Shown: positions 9,071-18,116, numbered from the stretch's first letter. The stretch is DNA of 64,000 nucleotides from an uncultured Desulfovibrio sp. (GCF_949282365.1 NZ_CASDOY010000004.1:19690-83689), one strand, 5' to 3'. The notes: generated from the letters alone by a model not told the origin. Numbers and translations: made by a program.

Positions 9071-10563
9071 TACTTACCTCTCAACTGATGACTGACGACC
9101 TGACTGCCGTTGCGCAGGACGAGGACCTTGGTGTCGATACTTTCCAACGTCCAGCCTCCGGGCAGGACAGCGCCCTCGAACAGACGCCTGCCGTCGGCTG
9201 TGGTCACGAAACGCATGGGCGACATGGTCACCCCGGTCACTCGCAGCCCGCCCAGGGGATCCCCCCCGGTATCGCCCGACGGCCGCGAAGGCAGCGCGTC
9301 GTTGCCGGGGATCTTGTCCCGCGACGGTGTCAATGCGCGCTCCGCAGCGGCAAGAGCGCCGGATGCGGACGAGGTGCCATACAGCGGGACCCCGAAAAGC
9401 TCGCTGGCATCGCTTCGGATGGCATCCAGCTTTTTGACGTCCTCCTGCCGGAAATCGCCGGAAAAATCCACCCGGCCCGGCAGATAGATGACCCGCACGG
9501 CTCCCAGCCCGGCCCGTTGCAGGGCGGCTTCCAGCACCGGGGCCAGATCCTTTTCATAAACGATGTGTCTGTCCACTTCCGGCAATGCCCGCACTTCCGT
9601 CTTCAATGCGCCAAAGGCCGCGGTCTCCAGCAGTTCGTCCTTCATGTAGGCCCTGACCTGCAAGCGGGGATTGCCCTTGTTGTCCCACAAGGTCACATCG
9701 GGATGGAAGCCCCGGATGCCGAGTGAACTGCGCACGGCGCGCAGCATGTCTTCCTGCACGGCAACTTCAAGATACACAGGAATATGCAAATTGAGTGCCA
9801 TATCCCGCAGTTTGATCATGGCCGCATCATCAGCCACGGTGCCGCGTATCTCCACGCCGGGATCCCTCCGGCTCACAGTCAGGCCGCGGATGCCCGCACT
9901 GTCAAGATATTTTTTAATGATCTCGGGATAATGGCTTGGATCAGAATCCGAGGGTGTGATCATCAGGGATACGGCGGCAAGACAAACGGCCACCAGGACG
10001 AGCAGGACCACGCGCCAGCCGGTACGCCGGGAAGGAGGACTGTCCGGCACTGTCGGCAACAGCGTTTCCGTTGTGGCCATGTCCGTGCCAAAATCCTTGG
10101 CGACCGGCAGCGTCTCCATTGTGCCCGGGCCAGGAGCGACCCCGCTGTCGGCCGGAGGCAGTATCCCTTCCGCGCCGGCAGCGGTCGCCGGTGCTGCGCC
10201 ACTTTCAGGCACGATGCTCTCCTGTGGCACGCCGGGACGGTTCCAGGCAAGACAGGTCGCGCCCAGATACCAGGCAGTCCCGGCGGCAGGATGCAGGGGG
10301 GCTGCCCCGTCTTCGGCCGCAGCCGTGCCGTCCTGCAGGCGGACAGGCCCGTCCAGAGCCGTCAGCTCCAGCACGGGGGCGCCGTCGTCGGACAAGGCGA
10401 TAGCCATGACGGCATGACGGGGAGCAAGCCCGGTGAGGATGATGTCGCAAGAGTCGTCCGAGCCGACCGTCCAGCTGCCTGCCGCCAGTTCGACACAGGC
10501 GCCGAGATGCGGCCCGGAAAAGACATACAGACACAGCGCCGGAGCGCTGTCCCTGAGGCTCAC
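9070..10563 (-). CDS. sctD: T3SS inner-membrane ring protein SctD
   Basis: FHA-like N-terminus (VFSGPHLGA....G...VGSDDSCDIIL), one TM helix, C-terminal RFVTTADGRRLFEGAVLPGG; GTG start overlaps the sctC stop. Confidence 0.88.
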   Translation of the reverse strand: MSLRDSAPALCLYVFSGPHLGACVELAAGSWTVGSDDSCDIILTGLAPRHAVMAIALSDDGAPVLELTALDGPVRLQDGTAAAEDGAAPLHPAAGTAWYLGATCLAWNRPGVPQESIVPESGAAPATAAGAEGILPPADSGVAPGPGTMETLPVAKDFGTDMATTETLLPTVPDSPPSRRTGWRVVLLVLVAVCLAAVSLMITPSDSDPSHYPEIIKKYLDSAGIRGLTVSRRDPGVEIRGTVADDAAMIKLRDMALNLHIPVYLEVAVQEDMLRAVRSSLGIRGFHPDVTLWDNKGNPRLQVRAYMKDELLETAAFGALKTEVRALPEVDRHIVYEKDLAPVLEAALQRAGLGAVRVIYLPGRVDFSGDFRQEDVKKLDAIRSDASELFGVPLYGTSSASGALAAAERALTPSRDKIPGNDALPSRPSGDTGGDPLGGLRVTGVTMSPMRFVTTADGRRLFEGAVLPGGWTLESIDTKVLVLRNGSQVVSHQLRGK

Positions 10564-12527
10564 TGCCGGCCTCCGACGGTGGCGGGGGGGACGCTGACCG
10601 GCACCAGGATCGGCTGCGGAGACGTCGTGACGGACGGCGTCGCGACAGGCTGGCCCGCAGGCGCATTTTGGATGCTCTTGCCTGTGCCCGCCTGTACCGG
10701 CACGGGCTGGGGCGTGAGCGGCCTGGGCGTGGCGGGCTGCACGTCGGGCGCCAGCGCGCGGCGCCGGGCGCAACCGCCCACGGGCATTTCCGTAGGACGG
10801 TGTTCCTCATAGTCCGCCTGGGTGGCCGTACGGCTGAAACGGGGATCATCCACCCGCGACGGCACGTTGGAGGCCGTATCCATGCGCACGATGCGCGGGG
10901 TGATGAGGATGAGCCGCTCCATGCGCTGGTGCTTCTTGCCTGTGGAACCGAACAGGCCGCCCAGGATGGGGATGTTCTTGAGACCGGGGATGCCGCTTTC
11001 CGCATCGCTCTGGATCTCGTAATAATGCCCCCCGATCAGCAGGCTCTGGCCCTCGCCCACGATGGCCTGGGTATTGATCTTGGTCTGCTTGATGGGCGAA
11101 AGATTGTTGGGATCCACGGAAAAGAGGCTGGAGCCGTCGTCCCGGTCATCCTGCACGCTGACCATGAGCTTGATGCTGTCCGCCTGCCCCGGGAGGCCGG
11201 GGATGATGTGCGGCGTCACCTTCAGGACCGTGCCCGAATCTATCTTGAACAGATCCGACGATTCATTGCCCGACACCGGCACATAGTAGGAACTGGTGTT
11301 TTCCAGCGAGGCCTGCACATTGTCCATGGTCAGCACCGAGGGCTTGCCCAGCACCCGGGCCTGGCCGTCTTCTTCCAGGGCGCTGACCCGCGCCAGGAAA
11401 TAGTCCGAACCGTAGGCATAGAGCGTGGAATAGGAAAGGCCTCCCGCGCTGGCGGCCCCGGCCGCCGGGAAAATACCGCTGCCGGATGCGCCCCCGGCGC
11501 TGCCGCCGCCGCTCCAGTGCTTGCCGTAAGCGCCGGCCCCTGACCAGTTGACGCCAAAATCACGGGAGAAATCGCTGTCGATATCCACGATGGCGGCATG
11601 GATCTCCACCAGTTCCACCGGCTTGTCCAGATCGGCGATGACCTTGGCATAATAGCTCATGCGGTATTCGGCATCCGTCACCACCACGGCATTGACCCGG
11701 GGATCGGCGATGATGCTCGGCCCGCTGGGCGTGGTGGACTGCTCCGTGCCCGGTGCGGCAGCTTGCGCGCCTGTAGAGCTCCCGTTGGTGTTGGCGCCCA
11801 TGGCGATCAGCCCCTTGCCCCGCAGCCCTCCCTGGGCGGACGGCTGCACCGTCACCTGCGAGCCGGTCAGGGGCTTGCCCGTGGCCATGGCCTGCAGGAT
11901 GCTGGCCACGCCGGGGATGGTCACCGTGGAATCCATGCTGTTGACCTTCATGTCTTCCGCCCAGGCATACTTGAGCGGGAAGACGCGCATCACGCTGCGG
12001 CTGCCCTGGGCGTCCTCAAAGGCCTTCATGGCGCCGCGCAGCTGGTCCACATAGAGGGGGGGGCCGCTGACCGAGAGCAGGTTCTGGGCATGCAGCAGGT
12101 TGACCGGCAGTTGCGGCGAGATCATGCCCGCGCTGCGCAGCATGTCCCGCAGGGCCGCAGCCGACACCGTGGACGGCGCCAGGAAAGCCTCCGTCTTCTC
12201 ACCGTCATGCCAGAACGTCACCGTGCGGCCCTGCGTGTACCAGCGCACGCCGAAGGCCGAACGCATCCCGTTGAGGAAGGTCCGGGGATCCACTTGCTCG
12301 AAGCGTCCGCTCATCTGGCCCCGCAGCGCCGGGCTGCACACCGAACCGTAACCTTCGGCGCGGGCGAAGGCCGAAAGGACCGTGCAGATGTTCTCATTGT
12401 CCGCATAGTGCGAGAAGGCAGAACGGAAAGGGAACGCGGAGCGCGAAGACGCGCAAAGGCCTTCCGCAGCCTGCAGGCTGCAGAAGACCCAGCACAAGGC
12501 GGTGACGATCAGCACAAGGCGTTTCAA
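10560..12527 (-). CDS. sctC: T3SS outer-membrane secretin SctC
   Basis: Signal peptide; VFPLKYAWAED; IIADPRVNAVVV; GTVLKVTP; IPGLKNIPILGGLF; ERLILITPRIV. Confidence 0.96.
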   Translation of the reverse strand: MKRLVLIVTALCWVFCSLQAAEGLCASSRSAFPFRSAFSHYADNENICTVLSAFARAEGYGSVCSPALRGQMSGRFEQVDPRTFLNGMRSAFGVRWYTQGRTVTFWHDGEKTEAFLAPSTVSAAALRDMLRSAGMISPQLPVNLLHAQNLLSVSGPPLYVDQLRGAMKAFEDAQGSRSVMRVFPLKYAWAEDMKVNSMDSTVTIPGVASILQAMATGKPLTGSQVTVQPSAQGGLRGKGLIAMGANTNGSSTGAQAAAPGTEQSTTPSGPSIIADPRVNAVVVTDAEYRMSYYAKVIADLDKPVELVEIHAAIVDIDSDFSRDFGVNWSGAGAYGKHWSGGGSAGGASGSGIFPAAGAASAGGLSYSTLYAYGSDYFLARVSALEEDGQARVLGKPSVLTMDNVQASLENTSSYYVPVSGNESSDLFKIDSGTVLKVTPHIIPGLPGQADSIKLMVSVQDDRDDGSSLFSVDPNNLSPIKQTKINTQAIVGEGQSLLIGGHYYEIQSDAESGIPGLKNIPILGGLFGSTGKKHQRMERLILITPRIVRMDTASNVPSRVDDPRFSRTATQADYEEHRPTEMPVGGCARRRALAPDVQPATPRPLTPQPVPVQAGTGKSIQNAPAGQPVATPSVTTSPQPILVPVSVPPATVGGRQ

Positions 12528-13015
12528 TAGACGCCTCCAAAGAAATTGCCCTGAAAGGAGAATGGGGATGCGGCCCCGTTCCCCGGAGACGGCGCGACCT
12601 CAAGGACTTTCTGCCACCAGGCGAGATCATTGAGGAAATCCCGCACCGCCGCGTCGAACCGGGCTTGCGGTGCCTCCAGCTCCAGCAGGGACTGCAGCAC
12701 GAGCCGCTCGACACCCGCTGCATCAGGCAGCAGGCTCTCCCCCGGTCGTTCCAGCGCGACGATGGACGCCCGCGTACGGCAGGCACCGGCCTGATGCCGC
12801 ACCACCTTGCGCAGCAGCTCCTCGCGCTCCGGCGCTGCCTCAGGCAGGAAAGCCAGCTCCGCCCGCAGGATGCATTGCCGGTCGTCAGGCGAGAACAGCG
12901 TTATGTCCAGGCCATCTTCAAGCCGAAAATGGTAGGTTCCGTCCCTTTCCTGGCGGGGATCTTTCCAGCGGGCCGTCTCCGCGAGGGAACGCACCCTGTC
13001 ATCCAGCAAAGCCAT
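12524..13015 (-). CDS. CesT/YscB-type class I T3SS chaperone
   Basis: About 160 aa with C-terminal amphipathic helix FDAAVRDFLNDLAWWQK; position upstream of sctC as for yscB. Confidence 0.7.
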   Translation of the reverse strand: MALLDDRVRSLAETARWKDPRQERDGTYHFRLEDGLDITLFSPDDRQCILRAELAFLPEAAPEREELLRKVVRHQAGACRTRASIVALERPGESLLPDAAGVERLVLQSLLELEAPQARFDAAVRDFLNDLAWWQKVLEVAPSPGNGAASPFSFQGNFFGGVY

Positions 13016-13055
13016 ATGCAATCCCGCAATCATCTTGATATCCGTACAGAAAACA

Positions 13056-13085
13056 AGGGTACGCAAAAACGAACGGCATCGTCAA
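13056..13085 (-). promoter_or_regulatory. Possible sigma-70 internal promoter for the chaperone-sctC block
   Basis: Minus strand TTGACG-18 nt-TACCCT in an AT-richer intergenic gap. Confidence 0.3.
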
Positions 13086-13129
13086 ATCTTTTTCTGCCAG
13101 ACCGGCGAGCCCCTGCGCATGCTGCAGGA

Positions 13130-13912
13130 TCAGCCCAGGATCTTGGTGCGCGTCTGGTTCATGTTGGCCTGCATGGCGTTCATGAAGTCCAGGGACTTGG
13201 CGACCAGGTCCTTGAGGGCCTCGTTGGTCTGCTTGGTCTGCTCCATCATGGTGCGGATCTGCTCCTGCTCGGCTTCCAGACGCTTGGCCTCGGCGGAGCG
13301 CATGCTCTGTCCGAACTCCCCGCCCGCCGTGAACATGCTCCCGGCCGAGGAGATCATGGTATTGAACGACTGGGCAACGGCGGCCGTGAGCTGGCCGTCC
13401 GCCGTCTTGCCGGCGAGCATGTTCAGCCTGCCGTTCGAAGACCTGCCCACGCCGGCGGCAGCCACGCCGACGCTGGCGGCACCGGCCGCCATGTTCACCA
13501 CGGCCCCGGTCACGGCGCAGGCGAACTTCTGGACGGCGCCCGTCTCTATCTTGTCGGCCTGCTGTTCCATCAGATCGACGATCTGCATCCCTTGCGCCTG
13601 GATGATGCTGCGGTTGGTACGCCGCTGCTCTGCCGCGTCCTTGAGGATCACGGAAGCGAACATGGCGGCGGGGCTGGGCAGGGCCGTCCAGCCCGACAGA
13701 TCGCCCGTATTGTCCCCCGGCGACGCCAGCTCGGGCAACTGGCTGCGGACGTCCTTGACGGCCGCGGTGAAGTCCTTGCCGGCCTGGATGGCCCCGATCA
13801 GGGCCTCATCGATCCTGGCGGCGCTGACACCTTTCGCCTGGGCCTGCTCCAGCAACTTTCCATACTCAACGGAGCTGTATCCCGTTGCATTGGTGATGAT
13901 GGTGGTGTCCAT
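13130..13912 (-). CDS. sctB: T3SS minor translocator SctB (YopD/BopD/IpaC-like)
   Basis: Class II chaperone-binding motif LPELASP; one Ala/Gly-rich hydrophobic segment; C-terminal amphipathic helix; follows sycD-sctE. Confidence 0.72.
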   Translation of the reverse strand: MDTTIITNATGYSSVEYGKLLEQAQAKGVSAARIDEALIGAIQAGKDFTAAVKDVRSQLPELASPGDNTGDLSGWTALPSPAAMFASVILKDAAEQRRTNRSIIQAQGMQIVDLMEQQADKIETGAVQKFACAVTGAVVNMAAGAASVGVAAAGVGRSSNGRLNMLAGKTADGQLTAAVAQSFNTMISSAGSMFTAGGEFGQSMRSAEAKRLEAEQEQIRTMMEQTKQTNEALKDLVAKSLDFMNAMQANMNQTRTKILG

Positions 13913-13932
13913 GATATCTCCCTTTTCAGGCA

Positions 13933-15039
13933 TCAGGCCATGGCCGGATTGCCGCTGAGGATGGCCACATTGGCCTGCACGCTTTCCTGGACGATGTCCG
14001 ACACGGTCTGGAGCGTCTGCTCGGAGCGCTGCATCATCTCCTTGATGTGTTCCACGTCCAGTTCATTGGCCATGGCGATGCGCTCCAGGATGGCCTGCAG
14101 GCGCTTCTGCTGGGCCTGCAGGAAGCTGATGTCCTTTTCGTTGGCGGCGGAAGCGATGGTGGTGGCCGACTGGGCGACGGTGTTCACCCCACCGGCCATG
14201 GTCGCCACACGAGCCGTCCAGGAGGCCGCCTTCTGGATGGTCGCGGCTGTATCCGAAACAGCCTTGGTGGCGGTCTGCGCCGCCTTTCCGGCCGCGCCAG
14301 CCGCCCCGGCGCCGAAGGTGCAGGCCGCCAGAGCGATGGTGGTGGCGAGATCCACGGCGAACTTCGTCCACTGGATCGCCGTATCGCTGGCGCCGCACGC
14401 CTCCATGATCTTGCCCGTGATGAAGGCCGGGCTGAAACCGACCTTGCCGCCCGAGGCCTCCTCCATGATGGAGCTGGTCAGCAGCGCCAGGCTTGCGACG
14501 CCGACGGCGATGAGCGCCGCGCCTGATCCCCCGGCCGCCAGACCCACCGAACCGGCGGCGATCATGGCCACGGAGCCGATGGCCGCCAGTGCCATGCCGA
14601 TATACTTGAACGCCTTGAGCAGGCCATCCAGAAAACTCTGGCTCTTGGCCTTTTCCAGCTGCTCCTGGATGGACTTGAGCTTTTCCTCATTGGCCATGGC
14701 GCGTTCCTGGGCGCGGGCTTCCAGCGAGGCCATACCGGCCTTGGTCTCGGTACGGCGCTGCTCGAAGCCCACGGCATCCAGCAGCGTTTCCAGCGAAAGG
14801 CCGCTCATGGTCAGACCGGACAGCGAGACCGTGGGGCCGCCCTTCGAAGACGGTGCCTCGAGATCCGGCAGCGACGAATCTCCGGACATGGTCAGAAAGG
14901 TTCGCAGCGCCTTGAGGCTTTCTTCCAGATCCTTGACATCCGTGGTGCCGCCCGAGCCCTGCTGTGTCGCCGCCAGTTGCAGCAACGCGCTCAGACCGGC
15001 AGCAGGCAGCCCGGACTGTGTTCCCTGGACCATACTCAT
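13933..15039 (-). CDS. sctE: T3SS major translocator SctE (YopB/BopB/IpaB-like)
   Basis: PxLxxP motif LPDLEAP; coiled coil followed by two hydrophobic segments; adjacent to sycD. Confidence 0.82.
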   Translation of the reverse strand: MSMVQGTQSGLPAAGLSALLQLAATQQGSGGTTDVKDLEESLKALRTFLTMSGDSSLPDLEAPSSKGGPTVSLSGLTMSGLSLETLLDAVGFEQRRTETKAGMASLEARAQERAMANEEKLKSIQEQLEKAKSQSFLDGLLKAFKYIGMALAAIGSVAMIAAGSVGLAAGGSGAALIAVGVASLALLTSSIMEEASGGKVGFSPAFITGKIMEACGASDTAIQWTKFAVDLATTIALAACTFGAGAAGAAGKAAQTATKAVSDTAATIQKAASWTARVATMAGGVNTVAQSATTIASAANEKDISFLQAQQKRLQAILERIAMANELDVEHIKEMMQRSEQTLQTVSDIVQESVQANVAILSGNPAMA

Positions 15040-15043
15040 GACA

Positions 15044-15580
15044 TCACTCCTTGGACTGGGCCAGTGTGGCGAGCAGGGCACGGATACGGTCATGGATGGC
15101 CGTGTGCGCGGGGACGGAAGCATCGCCCAGCCCCAGGGCGGCACGGAAAGAAGCCGCAGCATTCTCGCCGTCACCCAGCTTCAGATAACACAGGCCGCCA
15201 TAATAGAACGGCGCGGGATCCTTGAGCCCGCCGGCCACTCCGGCCATGCCGTAGGTGTCGATGGCCTGCTGATAGGCTTCCCGGGCCTGCAGGCAACCGG
15301 CCAGGCCCATCCAATAGCGGGGGTCATCGCCGTCATACATGCAAAGACCGCGGAACATGCTTTCTGCATCTTTGTAGTTGCCCGCCTTGTACAGGTTGTA
15401 GGCATAGGCATAGCCGGATTCCAGAGTATCCTTGCTGATATTGAACACATCGGCCAGGGTCGCCCCTTTCTCCAGGGCGGCCTGTATGGTGTGGAACTCA
15501 TCTTCCGTGAAACCGGCGGCCTTGGCCATGTCCAGCAGGGCGGCCTGGATGTCTTTTTCCTGTTCTGTGATCTGACTCAT
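15044..15580 (-). CDS. sycD: SycD/LcrH class II translocator chaperone
   Basis: GATLADVFNIS..TLES.YAYAYNLY.AG.Y.DAE..F..LC.YD..D.RYWMGLA (TPR). Confidence 0.92.
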   Translation of the reverse strand: MSQITEQEKDIQAALLDMAKAAGFTEDEFHTIQAALEKGATLADVFNISKDTLESGYAYAYNLYKAGNYKDAESMFRGLCMYDGDDPRYWMGLAGCLQAREAYQQAIDTYGMAGVAGGLKDPAPFYYGGLCYLKLGDGENAAASFRAALGLGDASVPAHTAIHDRIRALLATLAQSKE

Positions 15581-15626
15581 GATAGCTCCTTGGAATGGAT
15601 GGGCATCGGCCTATCCCGTCTGACGG

Positions 15627-16178
15627 CTACTGCCCGCGCGCCAGGCTGGTGAGGGTCTGGTTGGCGTTGGCGATTTGGGTATTGGCGCCCTGCAGATAGG
15701 AGTTGTACTGGCCCATGTAGTCCTGAACATAGACCATCTCCTGCTGGGTACCTGTGCCCAGCTCTTCCAGGCGGCTTTCCAGCGACGTGATGACCACGTC
15801 CCACTCGTCCTTGCCGAGGATGTAGTCCCCGTCACCATTGGGATAGGCCAGCTTGTGGGCATCCATATAGTCCACCATTTCCTGGGACATGGGATAGCAG
15901 TCCTTGCCTGTGACCGTAACGCCATTGATGCTGGTCTTGCCCACTCCCGTGCCGCTTTTGCCGTCGGCCTGGGCCTGCCGGGCCTCATTGAGCAGCTGGG
16001 AAACGAGCTTCTGCTCGTCCTGTACCTTGGCGATGGCGTCCATCTTGTCCATGGCCTGGCTCTTGGCTGTCCCGGCCAGTTCCAGCTGCAGCTGGGCGAA
16101 CATCAGCTGCAGGCTCGTGGTGGGGCCCAGCTCACCGAAGGAAACCGAGGATGTGGTGGTAAGATCTACCTGGTTCAT
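15627..16178 (-). CDS. Putative T3SS tip/filament protein (EspA/SseB/Bsp22-like), copy 3
   Basis: 183 aa paralogue in the tip-protein position upstream of sycD-sctE-sctB; C-terminal TQQEMVYVQDYMGQYN coiled coil. Confidence 0.6.
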   Translation of the reverse strand: MNQVDLTTTSSVSFGELGPTTSLQLMFAQLQLELAGTAKSQAMDKMDAIAKVQDEQKLVSQLLNEARQAQADGKSGTGVGKTSINGVTVTGKDCYPMSQEMVDYMDAHKLAYPNGDGDYILGKDEWDVVITSLESRLEELGTGTQQEMVYVQDYMGQYNSYLQGANTQIANANQTLTSLARGQ

Positions 16179-16202
16179 GACACGTCCTTGCCGACCGGCA
16201 TG

Positions 16203-16811
16203 CTACTGGCCACGGGCCAGATTGGTGAGGGTCTGGTTGGCGTTGGCGATCTGGGTATTGGCACCCTGCAGATAGGAGTTGTACTGGCCCATGTAGTCCT
16301 GGACGTAAACCATCTCCTGCTGGGTATTGGTGCCCAGTTCCTCCAGGCGGCTTTCCAGGGCCGTGATGGCCACATCCCATTCGTCGGCGCTGTGCGAATG
16401 GTTGTTGCCGGTCTTGTCATAGGCAAGGCCGTTGGCGTCCATGTAATCCACCATCTCCTGGCTCATGAAGGTCGCGTTGTTGCCCTTGGGCACGGTCTCG
16501 GTGACCGTCTCATAGACCACGTTGCCGTTGGCATCCTGCTTGGGGAGCTCATAGGTCTGGGTCTTGGCCTGATCATTGCCCACCCCGGCCTTGGCATCGG
16601 CCTGGGCCTGACGGGCCTCGTTGAGCAGCTGGGAGACCAGCTTCTGCTCGTCCTGCGCCGTGGCGATGGCGTCCATCTTGTCCATGGCCTGGGTCTTGGC
16701 GGTCTCGGCCAGTTCCAGCTGCAGCTGGGCGAACATCAACTGCAGGCTCGTGGTGGGGCCCAGTTCGCCGAACGAAACGGAAGACGTCGAAGAAAAATTG
16801 ACCTGGCTCAT
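16203..16811 (-). CDS. Putative T3SS tip/filament protein (EspA/SseB/Bsp22-like), copy 2
   Basis: 202 aa from MSQVNF (RBS aaagga upstream); ends nearly identical to copies 1 and 3. Confidence 0.6.
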   Translation of the reverse strand: MSQVNFSSTSSVSFGELGPTTSLQLMFAQLQLELAETAKTQAMDKMDAIATAQDEQKLVSQLLNEARQAQADAKAGVGNDQAKTQTYELPKQDANGNVVYETVTETVPKGNNATFMSQEMVDYMDANGLAYDKTGNNHSHSADEWDVAITALESRLEELGTNTQQEMVYVQDYMGQYNSYLQGANTQIANANQTLTNLARGQ

Positions 16812-16836
16812 ATCATTTCCTTTGTCGGCCGCTGCC

Positions 16837-17400
16837 TTACTGGCCACGGGCCAGACTGGTGAGGGTCTGGTTGGAGTTGGCGATCTGGGTGTTGGCACCC
16901 TGCAGGTAGGAGTTGTACTGGCCCATGTAGTCCTGGACGTAGACCATCTCCTGCTGGGTATTGGTGCCCAGTTCTTCCAGGCGGCTTTCCAGGGCCGTGA
17001 TGGCCACGTCCCATTCATCAGAGCTGTGATTGTAGTCGCCGCCGGTCTTGTCGTAGGCCAAGCCGTGCGCGTCCATGTAATCCACCATTTCCTTGGACAT
17101 CAGGGTGCAGTTCTTGGTGTTTTTTTCCGTCGTCCCGTTGGAATAGGTCTCGGTCTGCGTGCCCGCGGCAATGCCGGAGTTGGCATCGGCCTTGGCCTGC
17201 CGGGCCTCGTTGAGCAGCTGGGAAACGAGCTTCTGCTCGTCCTGCGCCTTGGCGATGGCGTCCATCTTGTCCATGGCCTGGGTCTTGGCGGTGGTGGCCA
17301 GCTCCAGCTGCAGCTTGGCGAACATCAGCTGCAAGCTCGTGGTGGGGCCCAGTTCGCCGAAAGAGACAGAAGAGGTGGTATCGAAATTGACCTGACTCAT
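16837..17400 (-). CDS. Putative T3SS tip/filament protein (EspA/SseB/Bsp22-like), copy 1
   Basis: 187 aa paralogue; same conserved N- and C-terminal blocks. Confidence 0.6.
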   Translation of the reverse strand: MSQVNFDTTSSVSFGELGPTTSLQLMFAKLQLELATTAKTQAMDKMDAIAKAQDEQKLVSQLLNEARQAKADANSGIAAGTQTETYSNGTTEKNTKNCTLMSKEMVDYMDAHGLAYDKTGGDYNHSSDEWDVAITALESRLEELGTNTQQEMVYVQDYMGQYNSYLQGANTQIANSNQTLTSLARGQ

Positions 17401-17490
17401 ATAACATCCTGTTTTTGTTGCTCTGCCATGGAGAGATGGCGTGATGCCCCGCCGGGCGGCACGGCCCGCACGGGCCCCCTGCCCGTCTGC

Positions 17491-17793
17491 CTACAGGCGG
17501 ACGATGTTCCGGCGGCCACCCCCGAGGATGCCGCCGCCAGCGGCCGAATTGGCGGCGGGGCGGGACTGGGCGGCGCGAGCCTCGCCGGCGCGCCGGGCTT
17601 CGGTCTCGGCTTCTTCGAGCATCTTGCGCAGTTCGGGCGTCAGGGAAGCCGGATCCGTCTTCTTCTGCCCCTGCTCCGGCAGACCGAGCTGCTTGCGCAT
17701 GGCTTTTTCCTGGCTCTCCAGCCGGGAGAACTCCTCACGAAGGGCGGCGAAACTTTCCATCTGCTTTTTCAGATCCTGTTCTGTGAACGACAT
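17491..17793 (-). CDS. Small coiled-coil hypothetical protein, first gene of the translocon operon
   Basis: RBS aaggaga; typical codon usage; helical charged sequence. Confidence 0.75.
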   Translation of the reverse strand: MSFTEQDLKKQMESFAALREEFSRLESQEKAMRKQLGLPEQGQKKTDPASLTPELRKMLEEAETEARRAGEARAAQSRPAANSAAGGGILGGGRRNIVRL

Positions 17794-17837
17794 GTCGATC
17801 TCCTTATCAAACGTGGTGGCGATGCTGCTGGATGACT

Positions 17838-17853
17838 AGCACAAATCATGCCA
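17838..17853 (-). promoter_or_regulatory. Sigma-54 (-24/-12) promoter of the leftward T3SS operon
   Basis: Minus strand TGGCATGATTTGTGCT: GG-N10-GC spacing, 45 bp upstream of the start at 17793. Confidence 0.75.
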
Positions 17854-18048
17854 GCTTTTTGTCCGCATAAAAAAAGCCCATTCGGCCGGTTGCCGGGCCC
17901 ACATGCCAACATTTTTTGCCAAAAACCTTCCGTCTGGAACAACAAAGTTCCCATCAACGGTGGATATCCCGCCGGATACACAGACGTACCGGACCGATAC
18001 CGGGCAATCCTCTTGCTGTTACGGCAGGCCCGTGATACCACAAAGTGG

Positions 18049-18064
18049 TGGCATGATTCTGGCA
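18049..18064 (+). promoter_or_regulatory. Sigma-54 (-24/-12) promoter of the rightward T3SS operon
   Basis: TGGCATGATTCTGGCA: GG-N10-GC spacing, about 50 bp upstream of sctW. Confidence 0.7.
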
Positions 18065-18116
18065 TATAGCATACCATATTGCCAACAATTTTTTGTGCAA
18101 TCGGGAGCCCCCCGCC

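Larger units (their letters stand above)
15627..17400 (-). repeat. Tandem triplication of a gene unit of about 0.6 kb
   Basis: Shared DNA blocks such as aggagttgtactggcccatgtagtcctg and ttctgctcgtcctg occur three times. Confidence 0.95.

Noticed and set aside
15627-17400. CRISPR array or diversity-generating retroelement
   Set aside because: The repeats are whole coding paralogues with indels; no cas or reverse transcriptase gene and no adenine-specific variation
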